Below are positions 20,481 to 30,287 of a stretch of DNA of 64,000 nucleotides, piece by piece; the stretch's first letter is position 1; each line of letters starts with the position of its first letter. The stretch lies in NCBI GenBank assembly GCA_048938005.1, contig JBHLMQ010000002.1, positions 107,784 to 171,783 on the forward strand. Reading direction: 5' to 3'. A model generated the notes under the pieces. It ran no database searches and was not told the DNA's origin. It saw only the letters and a list, made by a program, of their open reading frames with translations. The DNA is from Promethearchaeota archaeon. GTDB taxonomy: Archaea > Asgardarchaeota > Lokiarchaeia > Sigyniarchaeales > SOKP01. The position numbers were made by a program, and so were the translations under genes.

Positions 20481-22208
20481 TCAACCTTGTCTCATATCTT
20501 TAGCTTTAGCCAGAAATTCCTTTAGATTCTTCTTTATCTCCCTTTTATTATACTTTCCGACGCTGGTCTTCGGTATTTCGTCGACAATGACCACTAGTTT
20601 GGGAAGCATCCATTTGGTTATCTTACCTTTCTCCACACCTTCAGTTATAAGGAATTCAATCAGGTCCTCTTCCTTTTTTTTAGAATCAGGTACAAGCTTT
20701 ATAATGGCAAGGGCTTTTTCTCCCCACACTTCATCAGGAACACCTACAACGGTAGCTTCAAGTATAAAATCAGCCATAGCGGCCAAATTTTCGAGTAAAA
20801 CCGTCGGAACCATCTCTGCACCGCTTCTTATGACATCTGACATCCGATCAGCAATTACTATAAAATCTTCTTCATCAACCTTTGCCAAATCCCCAGTGTG
20901 AAACCATCCATCATACCATACATTAATAGTCTTTTCAGGGTTCTTATAGTATTTTTCCATTACCCAGGGCCCACGGATAACGATCTGTCCAATAGTTTTA
21001 TTATCATGGGGAATTGGTTTTCCATCCTCGTCTATAACCTCAACTTCAAGCCCAGGAACGGATAATCCTGTCTTTACCCTAACTTCATCAAGTTTTTCCT
21101 TTGACCAATTTGCCATATATTTCTTTACAAAAGCCATTATAGTGACTGGTGCAGTTTCAGTCATGCCATATCCAGAACTTGCAGTAAATCCAGCAATCCT
21201 TTTCTCGACCTTAGTTTTTAATCCTAATGGCAAAGCTCCACCCCCTACACTAACATCTATAAGGCTACTCAAATTATATTTATCCAAATCTTTATACTGA
21301 AGAAGTAGGGCTAGAATTGTTGGTACTACTGCCACAGTTGTTACTTTTTCGGTCTGAACTAGTTCGCAGAACCCTTCAACCGTAAATGTGCCTGGTAACA
21401 CCAATTTTACTCCCATGAATACATAAAAAAAAGGCGCGCCCCAGGCATGGATGTGAAATAGGGGAGTGATCACCATAGGAACAGTATTCTCACCAAGATG
21501 TACATGTGTCGGATCATTAACAAAAGTAGTTCTGGCTATTAAATGCAAACTTTGAAGGTAAAGTGCTCTGTGAGTGAACATAACTCCCTTTGGAAGCCCT
21601 GTAGTGCCAGTAGTATAACAGAGAGTAGCATAGTTATCCTCACTTAAATAAGACCATTCAAATTTTTCAGATTCCTGTTTAAGCAATAACTCATACTCGT
21701 AAAGATTTTCTATCTTTGTATCAGGCAGTCCTGGTTTATCTGACATGTATACGAACTTCTTTACAGTATTTTTTATTCGATCGTAGATGCTTTCAACCAT
21801 AGGTAGAAGTAGATCATCAAAAAATATGACTTTATCCTCGGCATGATTTATAGTATAGACAATGTGATCCAAGGCAAGTCTCACATTGATCGGATGGAGC
21901 ACTGCCCCACTACATGGTACAGCATAATAAAGTTCTAAGTGCCTGTGAGTATTTAGTGCCATCGTAGCAACTCGTTCCCCTGGTTCATCAGGTTTTCCTG
22001 GCTTTACACCAAGGGAATTCAAAGCATTAGCTAAACGACAAGTACGTTTATACCACTCAATCCATGTAAAGCGGTGGTATTCACCAGAGACATGGTTTCG
22101 ATATACTACACCAATCTCATTTGGATAAATTTCCACCGGTCTTTTCATAAATGTCGTGAGAATTAGGGGATAGTGAGTACTAAATTCCGGATAAGTTCTA
22201 TACTCCAT
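20481..22208 (-). CDS. Long/medium-chain fatty acyl-CoA ligase
   Basis: YTTGTTGLPKG, GYGMTET, WFHTGD, PKTSVGK. Confidence 0.95.
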   Translation of the reverse strand: MEYRTYPEFSTHYPLILTTFMKRPVEIYPNEIGVVYRNHVSGEYHRFTWIEWYKRTCRLANALNSLGVKPGKPDEPGERVATMALNTHRHLELYYAVPCSGAVLHPINVRLALDHIVYTINHAEDKVIFFDDLLLPMVESIYDRIKNTVKKFVYMSDKPGLPDTKIENLYEYELLLKQESEKFEWSYLSEDNYATLCYTTGTTGLPKGVMFTHRALYLQSLHLIARTTFVNDPTHVHLGENTVPMVITPLFHIHAWGAPFFYVFMGVKLVLPGTFTVEGFCELVQTEKVTTVAVVPTILALLLQYKDLDKYNLSSLIDVSVGGGALPLGLKTKVEKRIAGFTASSGYGMTETAPVTIMAFVKKYMANWSKEKLDEVRVKTGLSVPGLEVEVIDEDGKPIPHDNKTIGQIVIRGPWVMEKYYKNPEKTINVWYDGWFHTGDLAKVDEEDFIVIADRMSDVIRSGAEMVPTVLLENLAAMADFILEATVVGVPDEVWGEKALAIIKLVPDSKKKEEDLIEFLITEGVEKGKITKWMLPKLVVIVDEIPKTSVGKYNKREIKKNLKEFLAKAKDMRQG

Positions 22209-22319
22209 TATCTTTCTCCATTATCCAAAAAATTATAATATTAGACTTTTTCCATAATAAAATATTATTAAATATTCTTAGATTGGATTATATATAAAAA
22301 TAATTTAAAAAAGATAAGA

Positions 22320-23465
22320 ATGTTAGATGAAAAATATAAAAAAGCTGCGAGAGCTATTGTTAAAGCTGGAGCATTTCCTTTTCCCATTAATGACACAATG
22401 CTTAAAATTTTAAAGAAATTAATAACTGAAGAAGAATTAGATCTGATACTAGCTTTTAAGAGAAATTCTTCACAAACCATAGAACAACTTAAACAAAGAA
22501 GTAAAATATCAGAAGAACAAATTCAAAAACATGCGAAATCGCTTGCTAAAAAAGGAATAATTTTTAATCAACCAAGTTCAACAGGGATTATGGTTTATAG
22601 ATTAATGCCATTACTAATGATTGGAATATTTGAATATACATTTATGAAAAAAATCAACTTTACTGAAAAAGAAAGGGAAATAGCCAAACTTTTTACTCAG
22701 TTATTTCAAGAATATAGTGGTTTTATTCAAGATAATTACGATACAATTGTCCCAGCAATTTTTGAAAATTCACGTCCTTATGATCGTACCGTGTCTATTT
22801 TGGATAAGACTATTTCAGGAGAAGAAATTCTCATATCTATAAATGAAGAAATAGAAGTCCCTGAAGAAAAAGTAATTCCAACTCAAGAAGTTGAGGCGAT
22901 TATACAAAAGTTTGATGATATTGCTGTAGGATATTGTTTCTGTAGACATCATCAAGATTTATTGGAAAATCCTTGTAAAACTACTAGTTTGAGAGAAACT
23001 TGTTTCACATTTGGGAAAAGTGCTCGTTATACAAGTGAACAAGGTTTTGCTAGGATGATTTCAAAAGACGAAGCTTTACAAATATTAAGAAAATCCGAAG
23101 AGTCAGGTCTGGTCCATAAAGCCTTTCATTCTAATTCAGATATTACTAAAATTGAGACATCAATTTGCAATTGTTGCAAGTGTTGTTGTGGTACTCTTGA
23201 GTGGTGGAGGATTGGAATGACTTCTTTAATTAATTGGACAAATTATTTGTCATGTATAGATAGTGGTTTATGTATTGGATGTGGTACATGTGTAGAAAAA
23301 TGTCCTGTAGATGCGATTAAATTAAATGATGATAATATTGCGGAAGTAAATACAAAATATTGCATAGGTTGTGGTATATGTGCTCACTTTTGTTCTGAAA
23401 ATGCTATATCCTTATTAGAAGGGATGAGAAAGGTTTATATCCCTCCTCCCAAATTAAGAGATTAG
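22320..23465 (+). CDS. 4Fe-4S dicluster protein with N-terminal HTH-like region
   Basis: CFCR, ICNCCKCCCG, CIGCGTCVEKCP and CIGCGICAHFC. Confidence 0.9.
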   Translation: MLDEKYKKAARAIVKAGAFPFPINDTMLKILKKLITEEELDLILAFKRNSSQTIEQLKQRSKISEEQIQKHAKSLAKKGIIFNQPSSTGIMVYRLMPLLMIGIFEYTFMKKINFTEKEREIAKLFTQLFQEYSGFIQDNYDTIVPAIFENSRPYDRTVSILDKTISGEEILISINEEIEVPEEKVIPTQEVEAIIQKFDDIAVGYCFCRHHQDLLENPCKTTSLRETCFTFGKSARYTSEQGFARMISKDEALQILRKSEESGLVHKAFHSNSDITKIETSICNCCKCCCGTLEWWRIGMTSLINWTNYLSCIDSGLCIGCGTCVEKCPVDAIKLNDDNIAEVNTKYCIGCGICAHFCSENAISLLEGMRKVYIPPPKLRD

Positions 23466-23587
23466 ACTCCTCTAAAAAGTTATTCTTTTTTTCTTAATTA
23501 CTTTTTAATTTTAATAAATTTTGATAAATTAATTATAGGACTAATAATTATAGACTTTAAAGGATTTAACAAATTCATTTATCTAAA

Positions 23588-24538
23588 ATGGAAAAAGAAA
23601 TTTGTATCGAATTTAGAAATGTTTCAAAAAGGTATAAACAAGTTCTTGCATTAGATAATATTTCCTTTAATATTCAGAAGGGAGAAATTTTTGGTTATAT
23701 TGGTCCTAATGGAGCTGGTAAGACAACTACAATTAAGATTTTAGTAGGTTTAATTAGGGATCATAAGGGAGATGTTTATATTTTCGGGAAAAATATTTCT
23801 ACCAGTAACAAAGAATTACATAATTTAATAGGATATCATCCACAAGAAGCGGGGTTTCAAGAATGGCGAACGGTTGATCATGCTTTTAAAACTTTTGGTC
23901 GTCTTTCCGGGCTAAGTTTCGAACGTATTGAAAATCGAACTCAAGAAATTTTGGAACTACTAAATCTTTCAGATGTTAGGTCCAAGAAAATTACTCATTT
24001 ATCAGGAGGTATGTTTCAAAAATTAAGGCTAGGTCAAGCTCTTTTACATGAACCAGAAATTTTAATTTTAGATGAACCTTTATCTGGGCTAGATCCAACT
24101 AGCCGATTTCAGTTTAAAGAAATTATAAAAAAACTTGCAAAAAGTGGTATAACCATTTTATTTTCATCACATATTCTAAGCGATGTCCAAGATATTGCAA
24201 CAAAAATTGGAATATTAAATCAAGGTCGTATTATGAAAATTGGCACTCCAGAAGAACTTCAAAGCGATTTTCAAGTAGGTAATATTATTGAAATCAGTGT
24301 AGCAAAAGATTCTTCACTCTTTGAAGGTTTAGAGGAAATTTCTGGAATCGAATATGTAGAAAAGATTAAGCCCAATGCTCAAATTATTCATCTGAAATCT
24401 GATGTAGATATTGATATAAGTATAAACAAAATTTTTAATAGAATTATAACACAAAATTGCAAAATACGACATTTTAATATAAAAACACCTAGTTTGGAAG
24501 AAGTATATTTAAAATATGTACGAGGGGGGATTGATTGA
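23588..24538 (+). CDS. ABC transporter ATP-binding protein
   Basis: GPNGAGKTT, LSGGM, ILDEP, SSH. Confidence 0.97.
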   Translation: MEKEICIEFRNVSKRYKQVLALDNISFNIQKGEIFGYIGPNGAGKTTTIKILVGLIRDHKGDVYIFGKNISTSNKELHNLIGYHPQEAGFQEWRTVDHAFKTFGRLSGLSFERIENRTQEILELLNLSDVRSKKITHLSGGMFQKLRLGQALLHEPEILILDEPLSGLDPTSRFQFKEIIKKLAKSGITILFSSHILSDVQDIATKIGILNQGRIMKIGTPEELQSDFQVGNIIEISVAKDSSLFEGLEEISGIEYVEKIKPNAQIIHLKSDVDIDISINKIFNRIITQNCKIRHFNIKTPSLEEVYLKYVRGGID

Positions 24539-25191
24539 GCCTAAAAATACTCTTTATTGATGAATTAAAAGGATTTTATAAATCAAAAGTTATGATTGTT
24601 TTATGGATTGGAATGCCTTTAATTGCTCTTTTATTTCATTACTTTCAACCAGACACTCAAGGTTTTCCTATCTCTTCTTTAGTTTCCCTAATTATTTCGA
24701 GCATAGGGGGAACCCTTTCTTCAGTTATGTTAAGTACTTCAATTGTAAATGAAAAGAATCGCCATGTTTACGAATTATTTCTCATCAGACCGGTTAAAAG
24801 AAGGAACTTGCTTATAGCAAAATTTTTAGCAGTTTATCTGTGTTTAACAATCGCAATTGGTATTTCTATTGGAATTGGTATTATCATTGATGTTTTTATT
24901 AATAAAATACCCTTAGAATTGAATACGATTTTTGGATCGCTATTTACTAGTATGGCAATAATCGCAATTTCATGCTCTTTAGGTACATTATTTGGAGTTT
25001 TAGTTTCTTCAGTTTCGGTAGCCGCTATTTTGTCTGTTTATTTAGGGAATCAATTATCTGCAGTTCTAATATTGCCTACATTTTTACTAGATTTTATGGA
25101 TCCCCTTATCGTCTCCCCTCTTTTAGGTTCTTTTATCACCATTTTACTAATGGGTATTAATATAATTTTATTTAACCGGCAACAATTTTAA
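24535..25191 (+). CDS. ABC-2 type permease
   Basis: Overlaps the ATPase stop by 4 nt. SIVNEK...LIRPVKRRNLLIAKF; about 6 TM helices. Confidence 0.9.
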   Translation: MSLKILFIDELKGFYKSKVMIVLWIGMPLIALLFHYFQPDTQGFPISSLVSLIISSIGGTLSSVMLSTSIVNEKNRHVYELFLIRPVKRRNLLIAKFLAVYLCLTIAIGISIGIGIIIDVFINKIPLELNTIFGSLFTSMAIIAISCSLGTLFGVLVSSVSVAAILSVYLGNQLSAVLILPTFLLDFMDPLIVSPLLGSFITILLMGINIILFNRQQF

Positions 25192-25224
25192 ATAGGGAAA
25201 TTTTACATTTTTTTATTACTTTCA

Positions 25225-25809
25225 CTACTTTTTTTTTTTCCTCGAGAATTTGCGATATGCAAATATAATTCGTTGAAATGCAGTTAAATTAGTTCCAAAT
25301 GCTAAAATTATCATCGTCCACCAAATTGCTGTAGGAATCCAAACTTGTAGGATAGCGCCTATGAATAAAATTGGCACACGATCAGTACGTTCAAGTATTC
25401 CAACACCGTATAAATTATCAACTCCCAAAGCTTCAATCTTAGCTCTAGTATATGATGTTAAGAATGCTCCAATAAAAACTATGATGCCAATTTCTACAGT
25501 TGTGTATCCACTAAGGATTATTCCAAAAAATAAAAAGAAATCTCCAATTCTATCTAATGTAGAATCTAGAAATCCTCCCCACGATGTAGGACCTTGGAGC
25601 CGAGCTACTACTCCATCTAATTGATCAAAAAATTCAGTTATAAATAGAAAAACGATTACTATAATTAAAAAATGGAAAATAAATCCAAAAAAAGTAATAA
25701 TAGCGGATATTAATCCAAATAAAGTAAAATAATTCGCAGGAATTTTAACTAACTTCCTCGCTAAAGGGAGTAATAGTTTTTCTGAGAATTTTTTTACTTG
25801 TAATAGCAT
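25225..25809 (-). CDS. CDP-alcohol phosphatidyltransferase (archaetidylinositol-phosphate synthase-like)
   Basis: DQLDGVVAR...GGFLDSTLDRIGD signature; SYTRAK, VGILERTDR. Confidence 0.9.
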   Translation of the reverse strand: MLLQVKKFSEKLLLPLARKLVKIPANYFTLFGLISAIITFFGFIFHFLIIVIVFLFITEFFDQLDGVVARLQGPTSWGGFLDSTLDRIGDFFLFFGIILSGYTTVEIGIIVFIGAFLTSYTRAKIEALGVDNLYGVGILERTDRVPILFIGAILQVWIPTAIWWTMIILAFGTNLTAFQRIIFAYRKFSRKKKK

Positions 25810-25882
25810 TTTTCTAGTTTTATGAAAATGATATAAAATAAAAGAATGTCTTTTTTAAAAATATAAAAATAAAAAAGATAAA

Positions 25883-27376
25883 TTAGAGTTTATAGATTGG
25901 ATAAAATTTTTTCTCAATATATTTTAAAAAATAGTCTGAATTCAAATCCTCTCCAGTCACTTTCTTGATCAATTCATTTGCTCGATAGATTTTGCCATAT
26001 TGGTGAATATTTTCTTTTAAGAAAGATAGTAGATTTGAAAATTCACCCTTTTTATAATCTTCAGGTAGAGATGGTAATATCTGCAGAGCTTTATTATAAA
26101 TCTGTGCTGCATAAAGATTTCCAAGAAAATAACTCGGGAAATATCCTATACTCTGCATGCTCCAATGAACATCTTGTAAAACTCCTTGGGCGTCATTTGG
26201 TGGAACAATTCCCAATAGTTTTTCAAATTTAGAATTCCATACCTCTGGTAACTCATTAACTTGAATTTTGTCCTCGATCAGATCTTTTTCAATTTCAAAT
26301 CTTAATATGATATGTAAACCGTATGTCACTTCATCGGCATTCACCCTGATGAATGATGGTTGAACAATGTTAATGGCTCTATAAAACTCTTCCAAGGGAT
26401 AATCTTTCAAATTTTCTGGGAAATATTTTTGAAAAGTTGGATACCAATATATCCAAAATTCTTTACTACGTCCTACCATATTTTCCCACATTCGTGATTG
26501 AGATTCATGAATTCCCATTGATGTACCATCGCACAAAATCGTATCATGAAGCTCTTTTATAATGCCCATTTCATACATTGCATGACCAAACTCATGAATT
26601 GTACTTGTAATACAATCTGGAAAAGGTTCTGTTGTTCTTGTAGTAATTCTTACATCCATAGAAGCAAGAGACGAGGTAAATGGATGAGTTACCTTATCTT
26701 GGCGTCCATAACCAAAGTTAAAGTTCAATTTTTCAATAATTTTACGGCTTAATTCAAATTGTTTATCCTCATCATAATGTTTCTTAAATATAGAACCATC
26801 AGGTTTATCAGAAGAAGAATTTAGTTTATTAACTAATTCAGTAAGTTTTGGTCTAATTGGATTAAAAATATTGGCAATCCAATCATATGTTGCTCCTGGT
26901 TCATACAAATCTATTAAGGTTGAATATAAATCAGGGTGGGTTTCGAGTTTTTCCGCTTTTTCTTTTTGTAATTCGACAGTTTTGATTAATAATTCTTCAA
27001 AAATTGAAAAATCACTTTTTGCTCTAGCTTCTCTCCACTCCTTTGCGGCTAATATACTGGTTTCTGCAATCTCGGTGACTAATTTTTCGGGTAATTTTGT
27101 AGCGAGATCATATTCTCTTTTAATTTCTCGTAGCATAGCAATTTCAATTTCGTTGAGATTAGAAAGTTTTTCAGCTTTTTTTATTAATTTTCCAACTTTT
27201 TCTGAAGTTACTCTTTTATGAATTAATTTTTCTAGTAAAGAGACTTGTTTCGATCTGCCTTCTAGGGATTTATAATTTTGCATATTTACTTCTTGATCCC
27301 ATGATAAAACAGCTTGAATATAGTTTAATCGCATTATATCTTCAAAATAATCTCTAAGTTCTTTGATTTCACTCAT
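25883..27376 (-). CDS. Thermostable carboxypeptidase, M32 family
   Basis: HPF, DVRITTR, HEFGH, HESQSR, IRVNADE, QDVHW, GYFPSY. Confidence 0.97.
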   Translation of the reverse strand: MSEIKELRDYFEDIMRLNYIQAVLSWDQEVNMQNYKSLEGRSKQVSLLEKLIHKRVTSEKVGKLIKKAEKLSNLNEIEIAMLREIKREYDLATKLPEKLVTEIAETSILAAKEWREARAKSDFSIFEELLIKTVELQKEKAEKLETHPDLYSTLIDLYEPGATYDWIANIFNPIRPKLTELVNKLNSSSDKPDGSIFKKHYDEDKQFELSRKIIEKLNFNFGYGRQDKVTHPFTSSLASMDVRITTRTTEPFPDCITSTIHEFGHAMYEMGIIKELHDTILCDGTSMGIHESQSRMWENMVGRSKEFWIYWYPTFQKYFPENLKDYPLEEFYRAINIVQPSFIRVNADEVTYGLHIILRFEIEKDLIEDKIQVNELPEVWNSKFEKLLGIVPPNDAQGVLQDVHWSMQSIGYFPSYFLGNLYAAQIYNKALQILPSLPEDYKKGEFSNLLSFLKENIHQYGKIYRANELIKKVTGEDLNSDYFLKYIEKKFYPIYKL

Positions 27377-27514
27377 TTTAAAAACATCAATATTAGTTTT
27401 TAGTTGAAATTAAATGAATTTATTTTTTGATTAATCTTAATATTGAATTACTTTAAAAGAAGTGTGTTGTGAACTTTTATTGAACTAACAACACGAAATT
27501 AGAAATTCTTTGAA

Positions 27515-29098
27515 TTAGGTTAATTGTTCTTGTTTTATGAAAAAGTCAGCTGCTAACTTAATATCATCAAGTGTTAAAGGTCTACCTAATGAATTCTCCA
27601 ATTCAGTTATTAGGTTTTCACATAATTTTAGACTGAGAGAGCTTCCTTTTTCTTTTATAATTTTTTGCAATTCTTGGGTAAAATCAATAACCAATGGTTT
27701 TTCCATATCTTTTTTTATTTCTTCATGTGGTTCAAATAATTCCAAAGGCATTTTTGGTTTAGGTTTTGTGATATCATCAGTTTTAGCAATTTTGAGCTCT
27801 TTAATTGTATCCGTGGGGAGAGATGTCTTTTTTATAAATTTTATAGGAGGTTTTGGAACTTTAGGCAGCTTTATTTCTACCTCTTTATCTAATTTTTGAA
27901 AGGTTACCAATTTTTTAGGAGGTTTAGAAGGAGCAGGAGGTAATTCTTCAGCAAATGACTCTTGTTCTTGAGGTTGAATTTTAGATTCTTCACTAGGAAG
28001 AGCCTTTACTGTAACCTTCCGTGTAAAAATTAATGGTTTAGCGACTTCAAATTCTTTCTTTTTTTCAAATTCTTTTCTTTTCTCCTTATCTCTTTTAATT
28101 TTATTATTAAGATCTCTTACTTTCTGTTTAAGAGTTTTTGAATACATGATATTTTGGTATGATTCGCTTAAAGAAATTAATTCTTTATATTTTGCTAAAG
28201 CTTGAATATTTTTTCCCTCAAGAACCAAATTGTCTGCCTCTTTTACTAATTCTCCAAAGTTTCGGGGCATTCCTATCTTTAGATTTAAAATCTCCATTAT
28301 AAACTGATGAACTTGTGATTTAGCATCATTATCATTTAAAGAGATTTCTTTAAAATCAGAAATACCCAATTCATTTTTTATTCTTTTTATATCCGCATCC
28401 TCTACTAAATCTCTTTTATTTCCAATAATTAATAGTTTAGAATAAGTACTTTCTAATTTATGAAGTTTTAAAAAATGGTTAATCATCTTTAAATTATAAT
28501 TAGCTAAATTAAATAGAAGGATTACCAAATCAGATCCACGTACAAATTTAGACCATAATAGAGAAAAATTATCTCGTAATTGAAAATCCCATAGGTCGAA
28601 AGCAATACCATCTACTTCTATAGTTGATGTTTTCGCGAAATCCATAATAGTTTTTTCTTCACCGCTTTTTAACATATTATAGAGTGTCGTCTTACCAGCA
28701 TATGCTGGCCCAATTATTGAAATTTTAGAATGGAGGTCCCTTTGAACCTGATCCAAGAAATCATTAAATTCGATATTAGAAGGAATAGATTCTTTCATTT
28801 CTTGAGGATTTGGAAATATTTCTCTAAACTTTTCAATTGTTCTTATTATAATCTCATCCATATATTGAAGGGAATCAACTATATCTGCAATAAGTAGAAA
28901 ATATGAATTATTAAATGCTCTATGAAAGATTTGAAAATTTCTTAAATTATTTTGAAAAGTCTTCCCTGGCATTGGCATATCAATGTATTTTTGTATTATT
29001 TTTTTTACGTTGTTTAATTCTTCGCTTCCAAGCGCTCGTGCATAATCTTTGACAAATAACAATTCGCCATTTAAAAAAATTAGGATTTGTCTCAACAT
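27515..29098 (-). CDS. Longin-like domain + Arf-like small GTPase + helical/Pro-rich tail
   Basis: G1 GPAYAGKTT, G2 KTIM, degenerate G3 WDFQLR, G4 NKRD. The N-terminal ~120 aa follow a longin-like beta/alpha pattern. Confidence 0.8.
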   Translation of the reverse strand: MLRQILIFLNGELLFVKDYARALGSEELNNVKKIIQKYIDMPMPGKTFQNNLRNFQIFHRAFNNSYFLLIADIVDSLQYMDEIIIRTIEKFREIFPNPQEMKESIPSNIEFNDFLDQVQRDLHSKISIIGPAYAGKTTLYNMLKSGEEKTIMDFAKTSTIEVDGIAFDLWDFQLRDNFSLLWSKFVRGSDLVILLFNLANYNLKMINHFLKLHKLESTYSKLLIIGNKRDLVEDADIKRIKNELGISDFKEISLNDNDAKSQVHQFIMEILNLKIGMPRNFGELVKEADNLVLEGKNIQALAKYKELISLSESYQNIMYSKTLKQKVRDLNNKIKRDKEKRKEFEKKKEFEVAKPLIFTRKVTVKALPSEESKIQPQEQESFAEELPPAPSKPPKKLVTFQKLDKEVEIKLPKVPKPPIKFIKKTSLPTDTIKELKIAKTDDITKPKPKMPLELFEPHEEIKKDMEKPLVIDFTQELQKIIKEKGSSLSLKLCENLITELENSLGRPLTLDDIKLAADFFIKQEQLT

Positions 29099-29304
29099 AT
29101 TCTATTGAACCTAATTTATTTGTTAGGAAGTGTTTATTTTTATAAGAAAAGAAGAAGAACTAATTAATAATTTTTTATAATTACTGGATTATAAATTTGA
29201 ATCATTTGTAAATTAATATCGAAAAATAATAAAAAATATTAGATTTTAATAATTATTTTCTCATAGATTAAGCCAAATAAAATTGTAATTTAGAAATTTA
29301 CAAG

Positions 29305-30255
29305 ATGCCATTACAACCAGAAAACATTCTAAAATATTTAATGGATGAATCAGACACTAAAATTAATTCAGAATTAATTGATATATTAAGGAAAAGAATT
29401 GACAAGTTGTGCTTTGAGGAGTGCCAAGTCGATAGGATTCTCTGTACATTATCACCCCTCTGTGAAAAAAGGCATCTTTTAAAATTACGTATTAAAAGCG
29501 GCCTTAACATGGAGGATTTGCCTCAGTTTTGTTATAGTGTCCATAAAGGAGTTATTGAGAGGTATTTCAGGAACAAAACGATTATTTATAGACCATATGA
29601 TGCATATCTATATTTAATTGATTTTTTAGATGTATTTTTTCATGGAGATTATCGTAAATTAAATAAATTTTTCTCCCTTAATAAATGGGAAGAAATCTTT
29701 AAGATTTTTGACGATAGGATCCATAATAGGAATGAAAATTTTGATTATCTTAAAACAGATAATTATTTTATTTTCAAATTTGAAGATCGTATTCATGTTG
29801 TCTTTTTAAATGAAAAATATGTTCTTTGTAATGCGAATCGTGAAAACATCACGAGTATTGAGTTATTAAACAGTATTTGCCAACTCTATGCTAAAATCTA
29901 CTTTCCTGAAGTAAATTTGCAATTAATCTCTTCTAAATATATCGAAATTGCTCTTAAAGTTCCTTATGATGTATTAACAAAAATATCAGAAGAACCCTCC
30001 AAAAATGATTCCAAAGCAGATAAATATTTTTGGAATACTTTTTGGGAAGATCTTAATGCTTTAACCCAATACTGTGATCAAATTAACTTACATGAGGATA
30101 AAAACCAAAATTTAGAAATAATTTTATATGTAAGTACTTTAACTAATAATTATACTGAAAGAGGAAATAGGTTAAAATTAAGATTTAGAGACTTAAGATT
30201 AATCTTTAATTTTATAACTCGAATTTATACCGAATATTATGTAATTTGGATATAA
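29305..30255 (+). CDS. Hypothetical protein with N-terminal Cys cluster
   Basis: CFEECQVDRILCTLSPLC...FC; 316 aa, soluble. Confidence 0.75.
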   Translation: MPLQPENILKYLMDESDTKINSELIDILRKRIDKLCFEECQVDRILCTLSPLCEKRHLLKLRIKSGLNMEDLPQFCYSVHKGVIERYFRNKTIIYRPYDAYLYLIDFLDVFFHGDYRKLNKFFSLNKWEEIFKIFDDRIHNRNENFDYLKTDNYFIFKFEDRIHVVFLNEKYVLCNANRENITSIELLNSICQLYAKIYFPEVNLQLISSKYIEIALKVPYDVLTKISEEPSKNDSKADKYFWNTFWEDLNALTQYCDQINLHEDKNQNLEIILYVSTLTNNYTERGNRLKLRFRDLRLIFNFITRIYTEYYVIWI

Positions 30256-30287
30256 TTGAATAAGAATTAAAAAAGTGTGTTTGTAAG

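Noticed and set aside
20428-20901. 157-aa ORF on the + strand
   Set aside because: Antisense to the conserved acyl-CoA ligase, with no motifs.
27464-27494. GTGTTGT-N17-ACAACAC inverted repeat as a possible SECIS element
   Set aside because: Neither flanking gene shows an in-frame UGA and the inner region does not pair. At most a weak operator or terminator.
26871-27899. 116-aa and 120-aa ORFs on the + strand
   Set aside because: Antisense to the M32 peptidase and GTPase genes, with Ser/Phe-rich shadow composition.
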